A DNA stretch of 64,000 bases from an uncultured Gemmatimonadaceae bacterium (GCA_963751275.1 CAVVTZ010000002.1:59954-123953); one strand, 5' to 3'; shown: positions 31,036-41,577, counted from the stretch's first letter. Notes: a model not told the origin generated them from the letters alone. Program-made: numbers and translations.

Positions 31036-31052
31036 CTACCTATGATAGGTAG
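31036..31052. promoter_or_regulatory. Palindrome CTACCTAT-G-ATAGGTAG, candidate PadR operator
   Basis: Perfect 8-1-8 inverted repeat ~27 bp upstream of the PadR start. Confidence 0.5.
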
Positions 31053-31100
31053 ACACCCTGACTATCACAATGGTTGCCGACGACGGAAAGTGGGAGTGGA

Positions 31101-31247
31101 ACCCCGAAGCCCGTACTTGGTCCCCCGAACTCCGTTGTTAGCAATTGAGGCGTGGTCACGGCTCGGGCGTTCCTAGCGACGCCCGAGCCGTGACCACGCC
31201 TCAATTGCTAACAACGGAGTTCGGGGGACCAAGTACGGAGTTCGGGT
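31101..31247. repeat. Family P palindrome, copy 5 (near-perfect hairpin)
   Basis: ~65-bp arms almost exactly complementary. Confidence 0.92.
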
Positions 31248-31289
31248 CGCCACTTTCGCTCTGATGGCCCTCCCGTCCGTTATCATTCA

Positions 31290-33084
31290 GTGAGTAGTGA
31301 GCCCCCCGCATGGAGTCCCGCATGGCCGCGCATCTCTGCCGACCCCGATCACAATCCCTCGTTCACGAAGAGTGTCTTCCTCGGCGAGATCCGTGAGGAT
31401 CTCGTCTTTCCCTTCCCCGTCCTCGCGAAGGAAGAGCAGGAGAACCTCGCGGCGATCCTCGATTCGTTCCACGCGTGGGCCGCGGCGAACGTCGATTCGC
31501 ACCGGCAGGACAAGGATGGAAAATTTCCGGAGACCGTGGTCAAGGGGATGGCCGAGCTCGGCATGATGGGCGTGAACATCGCGGAGGAGTACGGCGGGTT
31601 CGGCGCGTCGGCGATGACGTTCAATCGCGTCTTCGCGGCGGTCGGCGCGATGGATCCGGCGCTCTGCGTCTTCTTCGGCGCGCACCAGTCCATCGGCGCC
31701 AAGGGGATCAGGCTCTTCGGCACCGACGAGCAGAAGAAGCGCTGGCTGCCGCGCGTCGCCAGCGGCGAGCTCGTCGCGGCCTTCTGTCTCACCGAGGCAG
31801 GGTCCGGCTCCGACGCGCAGGCGATGCGCACGAGCGCGGTGCCGAGCGCGGACGGCTCGCACTACGTGCTCAACGGGCAGAAGATCTGGATCTCGAACGC
31901 AGGTTACGCCGGGCTGCTCACGGTGTTCGCGAAGGTGCCGGTGGTGATCGACGGCAAGCCGAAGGAGCGCGTGACCGCCTTCCTCGTGGATGCGCACGCG
32001 CCCGGCGTCTCGCTCGGCAAGATCGAGGAGAAGATGGGGATCAAGGCGAGCGACACGCGCACGATCTCCTTCGAGAACGTGAAGGTGCCCGTCGAGGACC
32101 GCCTGGGCGACGTCGGCCATGGCTTCAAGATCGCGCTCGAGATCCTGAATTCCGGGCGGCTGGGGCTGAGCGCGGCGTCGGCGCAGGGCGCGCAGAAGGT
32201 GGCGGCGATGGCGCTCGCGTACGCCAAGGAACGCGAGCAGTTCGGCCGGCCCATCGGATCGTTCGAGATGATCCAACGCAAGTTCGCGATCGTCGCCGCC
32301 GATTGTTACGCGGCCGACGCGGCGTGGATGGTCACCGCGAGCGATGATGGACCGCGGCGGGATCGATTTCTCCCTCGAGACCGCTGCGGGCAAGATCTTC
32401 GCGTCGGAACTCGCCTTCCGCGCGGCCACCGACGCGATGCAGATCGCGGGCGGCATCGGCTATTCCAAGGAGTATCCGTACGAGCAGGCGGTGCGCGATG
32501 CGCGCATCAATCTCATCTTCGAGGGAACGAACGAGATCCTGCGCGCGCTGATCGCCCTCACCGCGCTGCAGCAGCCGGGCGAGCAACTCAAGGCGATCGG
32601 CAAGGCGTTCCGGGATCCGCTGCACGGCATCGGCGCCATCGGCGGCTACATCGCCGGCCGCGTCAAGCGCACGCTGACCAAGGCCGAGTTCACGAAGGTC
32701 CATCCGGCGCTCAAGGAGGAGGCCGATCTCGTGGCGACGGTGATCCACGATCTGGCGAACGGCGTGGAGAAGCTGCTCATCGAGCACGGCAAGGAGATGA
32801 TCGAGCACCAGTTCCAGCAGGAGCGCATGGCGAACGCGGCGATCGACATCTATCTGGCGACGGCCACGCTCTCGCGCGCGACGCGGGCGATCGAGACCGC
32901 CGGCAGCGTCGAGCAGGCGCAGGCCGACGTGGACAACGCGAGGATCTTCATCCCCACCGCCATGCGCCGCGCCCGCCGCTCGGTGCGTGCCTTCGAGCAC
33001 AATCAGGACGCGCGGCTGAAGAGCATCGCCGAGCGTGCGCTGGACACCGGCGCCCTCACCGTGCGCACGCCCACCGACAAGTAG
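31290..33084 (+). CDS. Acyl-CoA dehydrogenase (ACAD9/VLCAD-like); frameshift at ~32,342
   Basis: AFCLTEAGSGSDA, NGQKIWISN, KMGIKASDT, REQFGRPI, RINLIFEGTNEI. Confidence 0.92.
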
Positions 33085-33118
33085 TACTATACGCGAGACG
33101 CGACACGCGCCCCGCAGC

Positions 33119-33218
33119 TGCAGTTGTGCCCATCATGTCCATCATGTAAATCCTGTCTAGAGTAGTTCAGTAGGTACTAGGAACTACTTTTGACAGGATG
33201 AACATGATGGACATGATG
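33119..33218. repeat. Inverted repeat with 9-bp-period arms and GCAGTTG end
   Basis: catcatgtccatcatgt..atcctgtc / gacaggatgaacatgatggacatgatg. Confidence 0.85.
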
Positions 33219-33260
33219 ACCTCGAACACCTTAACAGTCCCCCGTAACCGGAGAACGATC

Positions 33261-33683
33261 ATGGATCGCACCTCGAACGCCCGTTGGGAGGGCGACCTCA
33301 AGGCAGGGAATGGAAAGATCAAACTCGGGAGTGGTTCGTTCGAAGGGAAATACTCCTTCGGCACCCGTTTCGAGAGCGCACCGGGCACGAACCCCGAAGA
33401 GCTCCTCGGCGCCGCGCACGCGGCGTGCTTCTCGATGGCACTGGCCGCGGGACTCGCGAAGGCGGGCAAGACCGCGACGAGCATCGACACCACCGCCACC
33501 GTGCACCTCGAGAAGAACGACGCGGGGTTCTCGATCACGGGCATCCACCTCGACACCACCGGCGTCGTGCCCGGACTGGCCGCCGCGGATTTCCAGAAGG
33601 CGGCGGAGGATACGAAGAAGAATTGCATCGTGTCGCGCGCCCTGGCGTCGGTGCCCATGACGCTCAAGGCGACACTGAAATAA
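33261..33683 (+). CDS. osmC: OsmC peroxiredoxin
   Basis: WEGDLKAG.G, GTNPEELLGAAHAACFSMAL, CIVSRAL. Confidence 0.93.
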   Translation: MDRTSNARWEGDLKAGNGKIKLGSGSFEGKYSFGTRFESAPGTNPEELLGAAHAACFSMALAAGLAKAGKTATSIDTTATVHLEKNDAGFSITGIHLDTTGVVPGLAAADFQKAAEDTKKNCIVSRALASVPMTLKATLK

Positions 33684-33851
33684 CGGCGAGTGTGACGACG
33701 CTGACGGCGAATATGGCGCCGCTCTAACGGCGCTTGTGGTCGTTGACGTGTGGCACCTGCGCCGCGAGCGCAATTCGCAGTAGCCACACGTCAACGACCA
33801 AAGGCGCCGTCAGCGGCGTTACAAGCGCCGTCAGCGTCGTCACGCTCGCCG
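33684..33851. repeat. ~168-bp imperfect palindrome
   Basis: cggcgagtgtgacgacgctgacggcg..tggtcgttgacgtgtggc / gccacacgtcaacgacca..cgccgtcagcgtcgtcacgctcgccg. Confidence 0.88.
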
Positions 33852-33910
33852 TTCGCGGTATTAGTCGCACCTGCCTTGCGATGCCCCCCGTGCGGCCGCA
33901 GAATCGTACC

Positions 33911-35960
33911 ATGAGAAAGTTCCTCTCCGCCCTCGCGGCGCTCGCCGTGGCGGCCGAGTTCCGCCGCCGCGCAGCATGATTACCCCGCCCCGCTGATCGG
34001 CGAATCCACCGTCGCGGCGCTCAACAATGAACTCTCCGGCTCCGCGGCGAAACGCACGGTCGAGTTCATCGCGCAGCTCAATCGCCCGCGCGGATCCAGG
34101 ACCTTCAACATCGCCGCCGATCACATCGCCGCCGAGCTCACGCGCTATGGGCTCGAGGGCGTGACGGTGATCGAGATCCCCACGGATGGCCGCACGATGT
34201 ATGGCACCGAGAAATCGCGTCCGGCGTGGGATCCGCAATTCGCCGAGCTCTGGGAAGTACGCCGCGATGGCGCAAAGACCATCGACGTCGCGCGGCTCGC
34301 GAGCTTCGAGGATGAGCCCGTGGTGCTCGCCGAGGACAGCGACAGCGGGAGCGTCACCGCCGACCTGATCGATGTGGGCGACGGCACGAACGAGTCCGAC
34401 TACGCGGGCAAGGACGTGAAGGGCAAGCTCGTGCTCATCGCGGCCCAGCCTGGCGCCGCCGCGCCGCTGGCGGTGGACAAGTTCGGCGCCGCGGGCATGG
34501 TGAGTTACGCGCAGAACCAACCCACCGCGTGGAGCGGCGAGGATGAGAACCTCATCCGCTGGGGCCACCTCGATTCGTACTCGCCGCGCAAAACGTTCTC
34601 CTTCATGTTCTCGCTCAAGCAGGCGCGCGCAATGCGGGCGCGCCTCGCTGCCGGCGAGCACGTCACGCTCCGCGCCACGGTGTACGCCGCTCGCCATCCC
34701 GGCACGTACCGTGTGGTCACGGCCGTCATCAAAGGCGCCGATCCGGCGCTCGGCAGCGAAGAGATCGTCTACAGCTGCCACCTCGACCACCAGCGCCCCG
34801 GCGCGAACGACAACGCCAGCGGCTGCGCCACGATCCTCGAGGTCGCGCGCACGCTCGACAAGCTCGTGCGCGAGGGGCGCATCGCGCGCCCCGCGCGCAC
34901 GATCCGCTTCATCTGGCCCGCCGAGATCGAAGCGACGATGGCGCTCTTCCACTACCGCGCCGACCTGCGCGCGCACTTCAAGGCCGCGGTGCAGATGGAC
35001 ATGGTGGGCGGCAATCAGAACACGAAGGCGATCTTCCACGTCACGCGCGGCCCGCCGAGTCTGCCGAGCTTCGCGTACGACGTGGGCGAGGCCTTCGGCG
35101 CCTATATCAACAATGAATCCAATGGCTATGCGTCGGGCACGGGCGGGCAGTATCCGTTCGTCTCGGTGGAAGGCGGCAAGGAGGCGCTCCTCGCGAACCT
35201 CGCGGAATTCACGATGGGCAGCGACAACATCGTGTACGCCGAGGGCTCGTTCCGGATCCCGGTCATCTACCTCAACGATTGGCCCGACCGCTACATCCAC
35301 ACGAACTTCGATACGCCGGCGAACATCGATGCCACCAAGCTCGAGCGCGCGGCGTTCATCGGCGCGGCGAGCGGGCTCTATCTCGCGAACGTCCGCTCGG
35401 CCGGCGTGGCCGCGCTCTGGAACGTGATGAAGGGACAGGCGCTGCGCCGCGCCGCGGTCACGATGGACCGGCGCAGCACGCTCACGCCGGCCGAGGGAAG
35501 CGTGCTGGTTCGCGCGCAGCTGTCGGTGGAGCGCGCGGCCTTCGCATCCATTGCCGGATTCGCGCCGATCCCCGACAGCGTGACCGCCGACGCGAAGGTC
35601 TTCTTCACGCGTCTCGAGACGATGCTCGGCCCGCTCGCGGCGGAGGGCCCCGCCACGGGCGACGGCGCGCTCGTCTTCGCGCGCACGCCGCAGGCGACCG
35701 GGCCGATGTCGCTCTTCGTCGGCTATGATTATTTCGCCGATCACTACAAGGGACCGCCCCCGCGTCTCATCGATTATCAGGGGCTCCGCGGCGCCGGCGG
35801 CGAGTACATCTACGAGACGCTGAACCTCGTCAACGGCACGCGCAACGCGCGCGACATCCGCGATCTTGTCAGTGCGGAATACGGACCGGTGCCGCTCGAT
35901 GTGGTCGTGGAGTATCTTCGTGCGCTCCAGCAGGCGGGCGTCGTCAAGCTGGCTCACTAA
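33911..35960 (+). CDS. M28 family peptidase with PA domain; frameshifts near the 5' end
   Basis: CHLDH, GANDNASG, AEIE, MDMVG, YIHT; signal peptide from 33911. Confidence 0.85.
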
Positions 35961-35989
35961 GCGCCCAACGAACCGGGAGGCAGCACACG

Positions 35990-36979
35990 GTGTGGTGGAT
36001 CAGCTATCGCGGTGAGGAGAGTCACGGCATCAACAACATCGGCGTGTTCGAGGACGATGGATCGCCCCGCACGGTGCATCCGCTGCTCCTCGATCCGTCG
36101 CCGCAGGCGCATCCTCTGCACATCGCGCGCGGCTTCGCGCTCGTGGGCGACGATCTGTACATCGCCAACGCCTGGCGCAAGGACAGTCACGTGGCGCGCT
36201 ACCAGCGGCGCGGCGACACCTTCCACTTCGTCGATGTCGTGGTCGCCTCCGAGCACATCTCGGCGATGGTGCATCCCTTCGACGTGGAGCTCGGCGACGA
36301 CGGCCGGCTCTACATCTCCTGCCAGGACACCAACACCGTCGTCGCGATCCACCCCGAGACGCGCAAGCCCGCGCCGACCGCCACGCATCTGCGCCGCGAG
36401 TACCCCGACGGGAACTTCCTGCCCGGCACGCAGGTCGCGTCGGCGCGAGGCAGCCTGCCCGAGGTGGGCGACAGCGCACCGGCCGACGTCGCGCCGCCGC
36501 AGGGGCTCGAGGTGGTGCTCGACAAGCGGGGCAAGCCGCGCCACTCCGTGCGCGGGATCATCGTGCACCGGAAGCATCTGTACGTCGCCGACGAAGCCGG
36601 CGACATGGTGAAGATCTTCGCGCTGCGCACGGGGCGGCTCGTCGGGCGGATCAAGGGGAAGCGCGTCGCGAAGCCAGTGCATCTCATCCTGCACGGCGAG
36701 ACGCTCTACATCGGCGCGTCGGGCTCGGGGAGCATTCTCGCGTTCGACATCCCGAAGCGCGCGCCGAAGGGGAAATACAAGCCGCGCACGATCATCGACC
36801 GCAAGCTCGACGCGCCATCGGGATTCGCGATCGGGCCGGACGGGGACATTTACGTTGCCGAACGGCGCAAACAGCGGGTGAGACGGTTCGGCGCGGACGG
36901 GAAGAAGAAGGGGACGTTCATCCGCGAGCTTCCGGATTGGCCGGAGTTCCTGGTGCATGTCCCTGACGCGACTCCCTAA
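35990..36979 (+). CDS. NHL/SMP-30-like beta-propeller protein
   Basis: Repeats DLYIAN, RLYISC, HLYVADE, PSGFAIGPDGDIYVAE. Confidence 0.7.
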   Translation: MWWISYRGEESHGINNIGVFEDDGSPRTVHPLLLDPSPQAHPLHIARGFALVGDDLYIANAWRKDSHVARYQRRGDTFHFVDVVVASEHISAMVHPFDVELGDDGRLYISCQDTNTVVAIHPETRKPAPTATHLRREYPDGNFLPGTQVASARGSLPEVGDSAPADVAPPQGLEVVLDKRGKPRHSVRGIIVHRKHLYVADEAGDMVKIFALRTGRLVGRIKGKRVAKPVHLILHGETLYIGASGSGSILAFDIPKRAPKGKYKPRTIIDRKLDAPSGFAIGPDGDIYVAERRKQRVRRFGADGKKKGTFIRELPDWPEFLVHVPDATP

Positions 36980-37345
36980 CCCCTAACACCGTTCGTCGAA
37001 CCTCGAATCGCGTCATTGGTCCCCCGAACGCCGTGAGGCGTGAGGCGTGCGTCGAACTGACTGTGGGGCGTGACTCGAAACCCGAAATCCGTAAGTCGAA
37101 ACCCGAATGCCGCGAGTGACCGCCTCACGCCTCACGGTGTTCGGGGGACCAATGACGCCTCACAATCCGTTCGGCGCACGCCGCACGCCTCACGGCGTGT
37201 GCGGGGGACCAATGACGCCTCACAATCCGTTCGGCGCACGCCGCACGCCTCACGGTGTTCGGGGGACCAATGGCGCCTCACAATCCGTTCGGCGCACGCC
37301 TCACGCCTCACGGCGTTCGGGGGACCAATGGCGTCGTTCGGGGTA
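36980..37345. repeat. Family P-related element with internal ~59-bp tandem triplication
   Basis: Unit ggggaccaatgacgcctcacaatccgttcggcgcacgccgcacgcctcacgg.gttc x3 from 37,143. Confidence 0.88.
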
Positions 37346-37391
37346 GAAGAAGTCGCAGCATCCTTCGCCATTATTTCATCGGAGGCGAATC

Positions 37392-37715
37392 ATGCAGTTA
37401 CGACCCTTTCGCGCAGCCGCGGCTGCGCTGATGATCGCAGGCTCGACGTTCGGCATTGCGGCGTGCGGCCCGGCGGAAGCGGGCGGCTTGTACGTGGGGA
37501 CGGGCCCGCCGGTGCCGCCGGTGGAGGAAGTCGTGGTCCAGCCGTACCCCAACTACGTGTGGGTCCCCGGCTATTACTCCTACAGCGGCACGAGCTACGC
37601 GTGGGTGCGCGGCCACTGGACGGCGCCGCCGGAAGGCTACCGCCGCTGGAACGCCGGCCACTGGCATCAGACCAAGAAGGGTTGGCACTGGGAGGAAGGG
37701 CACTGGGAGAAATGA
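37392..37715 (+). CDS. YXWGXW-repeat lipoprotein
   Basis: Lipobox IAAC; YVWVPGYY, YAWVRGHW, WNAGHW, WHWEEGHW. Confidence 0.88.
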   Translation: MQLRPFRAAAAALMIAGSTFGIAACGPAEAGGLYVGTGPPVPPVEEVVVQPYPNYVWVPGYYSYSGTSYAWVRGHWTAPPEGYRRWNAGHWHQTKKGWHWEEGHWEK

Positions 37716-37744
37716 TCGGGCATCACGCGAAGATCGCACTCCCA

Positions 37745-37900
37745 ACCCCGAATACCGTCATTGGCCCCCCGAACTCCGCGGGTGGCGATTGACGTGCGGT
37801 AACGACAGAGGCGTACTTGGATCAACCAAGTACGCGTCTGCCGTTACCACACGCCAAACGCTACCAACGGAGTTCGGGGTACCAAGTACGGGGTTCGGGT
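37745..37900. repeat. Family P palindrome, copy 7
   Basis: ccccgaactccg ... cggagttcggggtaccaagtacgg. Confidence 0.85.
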
Positions 37901-40387
37901 CTAGTCGTCCCTCAGCGCGATCGATGGATCCAATCCCGCCGCCCTTCTGGCCGGCAGCCAGCACGCCAGCGCCGCGATGGCCACGAACAGCACCGCGACC
38001 GCACTGAACGTCAACGGGTCCGTCGGGGCGACGCCCACGAGCAGGCTGCGCATCACGCGCGTGAGCGCGAACGATGCGATGAGTCCCACGCCGATCCCGG
38101 CGAGGCTCAGCTTCATCCCCTGCCCGATCACCATCGAGAAGATCCCCGTCTTCGGCGCGCCGAGCGCCATGCGCACGCCGATCTCGGCGGTGCGCTGCCG
38201 CACCGCCGTGCTCAAGACGCCGTAAAGTCCCACGCCGCTCAGGATCACGGCGATCGCGGCGAAGGCGCCGATGAGCACCAGCGCGAAGCGCGTCGGTGCG
38301 CGCATCTTGTCCACGAACGCTTCCATCGGCCGCACATCGGCGATCGTCGCACCCGGCTCGAGCGACCGCACCGCCTCGCGCGCCGCCGACGCGAGCGCCG
38401 ACGGATCGCCCTTCGTGCGCAGCGACCACCCGCCCAGGTTGCCGTAGAAGAACTGGCCGTCGGTGAAGTACATCGTCTCGCGGCCGGCCGTCGCGAGCGA
38501 CAGGTGCCGCTGATGCTTCACGACGCCGATGATGTTCACGAACTCCGCTGTATCGGCGCGGAAGCGCACCAGCAGCCGCTTGCCCAGCGGGTCCTCCCCG
38601 GGGAACGCCTTCGCGGCGAGCAGATCATCCACGATCACGCTCTGTGACTTCGGGATGTTCTCCGCCTCGGTGAAGTCGCGCCCCGCGATGATCGGCGTGT
38701 GCATCGCGGCGAAGAATCCGGGCGCCACGATGAACGAGTTCGCCTGCTTGAACTGCGCCATGTCGGTCGCCGCCGCGTCGGTTCCCCAGCGCACGTTCGA
38801 CTCCTGGCCGTCGAGCAGCGTCGGGAATGACGACGTCAATTCCGTCACGCCGGGGATCGCCGCGAGCCGGTCGTTCAGCGCGCGCTGGAACGCCTGCCGC
38901 TCATCCTGGTTCATGCGCCTGGCGATCTGCAGGTTGAACGTGAGCACGCCGTGCGGATCGAAGCCCGGATCGGTGCTCACGAGCGCCAGGAAGCTGCGGA
39001 ACATCAGCCCGCCGCCAATGAGCAGCACGAACGCCAGCGCGACTTCGGCCATCACCACGCTGTTGCGCAGCTTCCGCCCGCCGCCGAGCCCTTCGTTGCG
39101 CCCGCTCTGCCGCAGCGTGGAGATGAGATCCGGGCGCGAGGCGCGGAGCGCCGGGATGATCCCGAACAGCGCCGCCGCGAGGAGCGCCGCGCCCACGGTG
39201 TAGAGCAGCACGGTGCCGTCGAGGCCGACGTACGCGAGATTCGGAATGTCCTGCGGCCCGATCGCCACCAGCATCCCGATCCCCGCCTTGGCCACGAGCA
39301 GCCCCAGCGCCGCGCCGCCCAGCGCGAGCACCAGCGCCTCGGCGAGCATCTGCCGCACCAGCCGCGCGCGGCTGCCGCCGAACGCGGCGCGCACCGCGAG
39401 TTCGCGCTCGCGCCGCGACGTGCGCACCAGGATCAGATTCGCGACGTTCGCGCACGCGATGAGCAGCACGAACGCCACCGCGCCCAGGAGCGCGACGAGC
39501 GCCGGCTTCACTTCGGACACGAGCTCCGCGGCCATGGGCACGGCGCGGAAGTACAGGCCGGCGGTCGTCTTGATCGGGAATTGCTTGCGCAGATCGATCC
39601 CCAGCGCGTCGAGCTGCGCTTGCGCCTGCTCGAACGTCGCGCCGGGCTTGAGCCGGCCGATCACGCGGAAGATCACGTTGATGCGCGACCCTTTCTCGAG
39701 ATCGATGCGCGACGCCTGGAAGACGTCGTGCTCGCGCGTGATGCCGTAGCGCGGCGGGAAGAGCAGTTCGAGTCCCGGCGGCGCGACGCCCACCACATGG
39801 CCCATGCTGAAGCCCATGTCCAGCGACTTCCCGATCACGTTGGGATCGCCGCCGAAATGACTCTTCCAGAATTCGTAGGAGAGGATGACGGAAACGTCCA
39901 GCGGCGGCGGCGGTGGAGCGTTCGCGGCCGGCGGCGTGGTCGGCTGCGGCGGGGGCGGCGTCGCGTCGTCGCTATTGAAATCGCGGCCGAGGATGACCTT
40001 GGCGCCGAGCACGTGCAGGAGATTCGTCGTGACGAATCCGAGCTTGATCTGCTCCGGCTCCCCCCGCTCGTTCCGGAGCGAGACACGGAAGTTGTTCAGG
40101 CCGGCGAGCTCGCTGAACGCCGTCACCTGCCGCCGCATGTCCCACAGGTCCGAGGGCGCGATGACGAAGTCGTAGACGTTCCGGGCGCGCATGTCGCTCG
40201 TGACGATCGCGAGGCGCGACGGATCCGCGTACGGCAGCGGGCGCAGCATGACGGCGTTCACGACGCTGAAGATCGCGGTGCTGGCGCCAATGCCCAGCGC
40301 GAGCGTGATGAGCGCGGTGATCGCGAAACCCGGGCTCTTCCGGAGGGTGCGGACGCCGTAAGCGATGTCGTTCCAGAACGTTTCCAT
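37901..40387 (-). CDS. ADOP-type duplicated ABC permease
   Basis: [52 protein letters not shown]. Confidence 0.92.
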   Translation of the reverse strand: METFWNDIAYGVRTLRKSPGFAITALITLALGIGASTAIFSVVNAVMLRPLPYADPSRLAIVTSDMRARNVYDFVIAPSDLWDMRRQVTAFSELAGLNNFRVSLRNERGEPEQIKLGFVTTNLLHVLGAKVILGRDFNSDDATPPPPQPTTPPAANAPPPPPLDVSVILSYEFWKSHFGGDPNVIGKSLDMGFSMGHVVGVAPPGLELLFPPRYGITREHDVFQASRIDLEKGSRINVIFRVIGRLKPGATFEQAQAQLDALGIDLRKQFPIKTTAGLYFRAVPMAAELVSEVKPALVALLGAVAFVLLIACANVANLILVRTSRRERELAVRAAFGGSRARLVRQMLAEALVLALGGAALGLLVAKAGIGMLVAIGPQDIPNLAYVGLDGTVLLYTVGAALLAAALFGIIPALRASRPDLISTLRQSGRNEGLGGGRKLRNSVVMAEVALAFVLLIGGGLMFRSFLALVSTDPGFDPHGVLTFNLQIARRMNQDERQAFQRALNDRLAAIPGVTELTSSFPTLLDGQESNVRWGTDAAATDMAQFKQANSFIVAPGFFAAMHTPIIAGRDFTEAENIPKSQSVIVDDLLAAKAFPGEDPLGKRLLVRFRADTAEFVNIIGVVKHQRHLSLATAGRETMYFTDGQFFYGNLGGWSLRTKGDPSALASAAREAVRSLEPGATIADVRPMEAFVDKMRAPTRFALVLIGAFAAIAVILSGVGLYGVLSTAVRQRTAEIGVRMALGAPKTGIFSMVIGQGMKLSLAGIGVGLIASFALTRVMRSLLVGVAPTDPLTFSAVAVLFVAIAALACWLPARRAAGLDPSIALRDD

Positions 40388-40662
40388 GGGGCGCTCCGGG
40401 GCAGCGGATGGGTCCGGCGAACGGTTCTCAGTTGGACACGCGTCGCCGGGAAAAGGTGGCCCGGCGATCGCCGACCATGCAAGCCGCCGCTTGCGCCGCA
40501 AGCCTGGCGACTGAATGGTTAGAGGGACGCCTTCACTACGGAGCCCCATGCCGCATCGTGTCAGCGTTGTTCCGGCGGGCGCCGCCGGAGAAGCAAATCT
40601 CCGCCACGGCCAGCTCGATCCTCGGCAATCTCGAACGACCGCCCCGACCTCCGGAGGATTCC

Positions 40663-41574
40663 ATGCTCCCCATTCGCGCCCTCGGCGCCGCGCTCGTACT
40701 GCTTCTCAGCTCGGGCCTCAAGACGGTCCCATATCTGCAGCTGCCGGGGATCACCGGCGAGAGCAAAGATGACGCCCACAAGGGGTGGATCGAGCTCGAA
40801 TCCGTGAGCATGGGCGTGCATGCAGGCGGGGGAGGCGGAGCGGCTTCGGGCGGCAGAGGCACGCAGCAGGCGACGCATGAGATCCACGTCGTGAAGGCCA
40901 CGGATAAGTCGTCGCCGTATCTCATGCAGGCGGTGGCCAACGGGAGACACTTCCCAACGGCCGAGATCGACATGGGCACGGTGCGATACGTGATGAAGGA
41001 CGTGATCATCTCGTCGCTGCAGCATTCGGGGTCAGCGAGCGCCGGCAGCGGCCAGCCCACCGAGAGCCTGACGCTGGATTACCAGAGCATTCAGTACGTG
41101 TACGCGCAGCAGCAACCCGAAACGAAGGGCACCCCGATCGCCGCGACCGTGCCGCGCACGACGATGACGCCGGCGCCAGTGGCGGGGACGCCGCCCGCGA
41201 CCGCGCCATCGACCACGATGCGCGCCGCGGCAGCGGCACCCGCGCCCGCCACGTCGCTCGCGCCCTCGGCCGCCGCGACGCTCGATGCCCAGCTCAGACC
41301 GTCACTGAGCGGTCCGGCGAAGCAATGGGTGGGCACCGAGGGCCGCACGCTCTCGCAGGCCACCGGCACGGCCGACCAGTTGGCGGCGAGCGCCCACCGC
41401 GCGGCGCTGGCGCGTTTCGGCGGGATCCAGCCGAACGTCGCGGGCGCACTTTCCTTCCTGGCGCTCATGGACGCCGCGAAGGTGAATCACAGCGCGCAGC
41501 TCCAGTCCGCGATCCAACAGGTGATGCCGACCACCAGCCCCGCCGCGGCGGGCGGGCTCGTGAATCTGAAATAG
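40663..41574 (+). CDS. hcp: Orphan Hcp (T6SS tube)-domain protein with signal peptide and C-terminal extension
   Basis: PGITGESKDDAHKGWIELES, KATDKSSPYLMQAVANGRHF, PTESLTLDYQSI; GGAGG RBS. Confidence 0.82.
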   Translation: MLPIRALGAALVLLLSSGLKTVPYLQLPGITGESKDDAHKGWIELESVSMGVHAGGGGGAASGGRGTQQATHEIHVVKATDKSSPYLMQAVANGRHFPTAEIDMGTVRYVMKDVIISSLQHSGSASAGSGQPTESLTLDYQSIQYVYAQQQPETKGTPIAATVPRTTMTPAPVAGTPPATAPSTTMRAAAAAPAPATSLAPSAAATLDAQLRPSLSGPAKQWVGTEGRTLSQATGTADQLAASAHRAALARFGGIQPNVAGALSFLALMDAAKVNHSAQLQSAIQQVMPTTSPAAAGGLVNLK

Positions 41575-41577
41575 CGA

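Noticed and set aside
33861..35957. 698-aa minus-strand ORF
   Set aside because: Antisense shadow of the M28 peptidase
37143..37330. CRISPR array
   Set aside because: Units are near-identical over their full ~59 bp, so there are no unique spacers; no cas genes are present
37070..37346. Repeat-protein ORFs (37070+, 37107+, 37132-)
   Set aside because: Translations of the tandem DNA repeat; open in several frames, and no gene-like features
40663..41574. Type VI secretion locus
   Set aside because: Only an Hcp domain; no sheath, baseplate, VgrG or membrane-complex genes in the window
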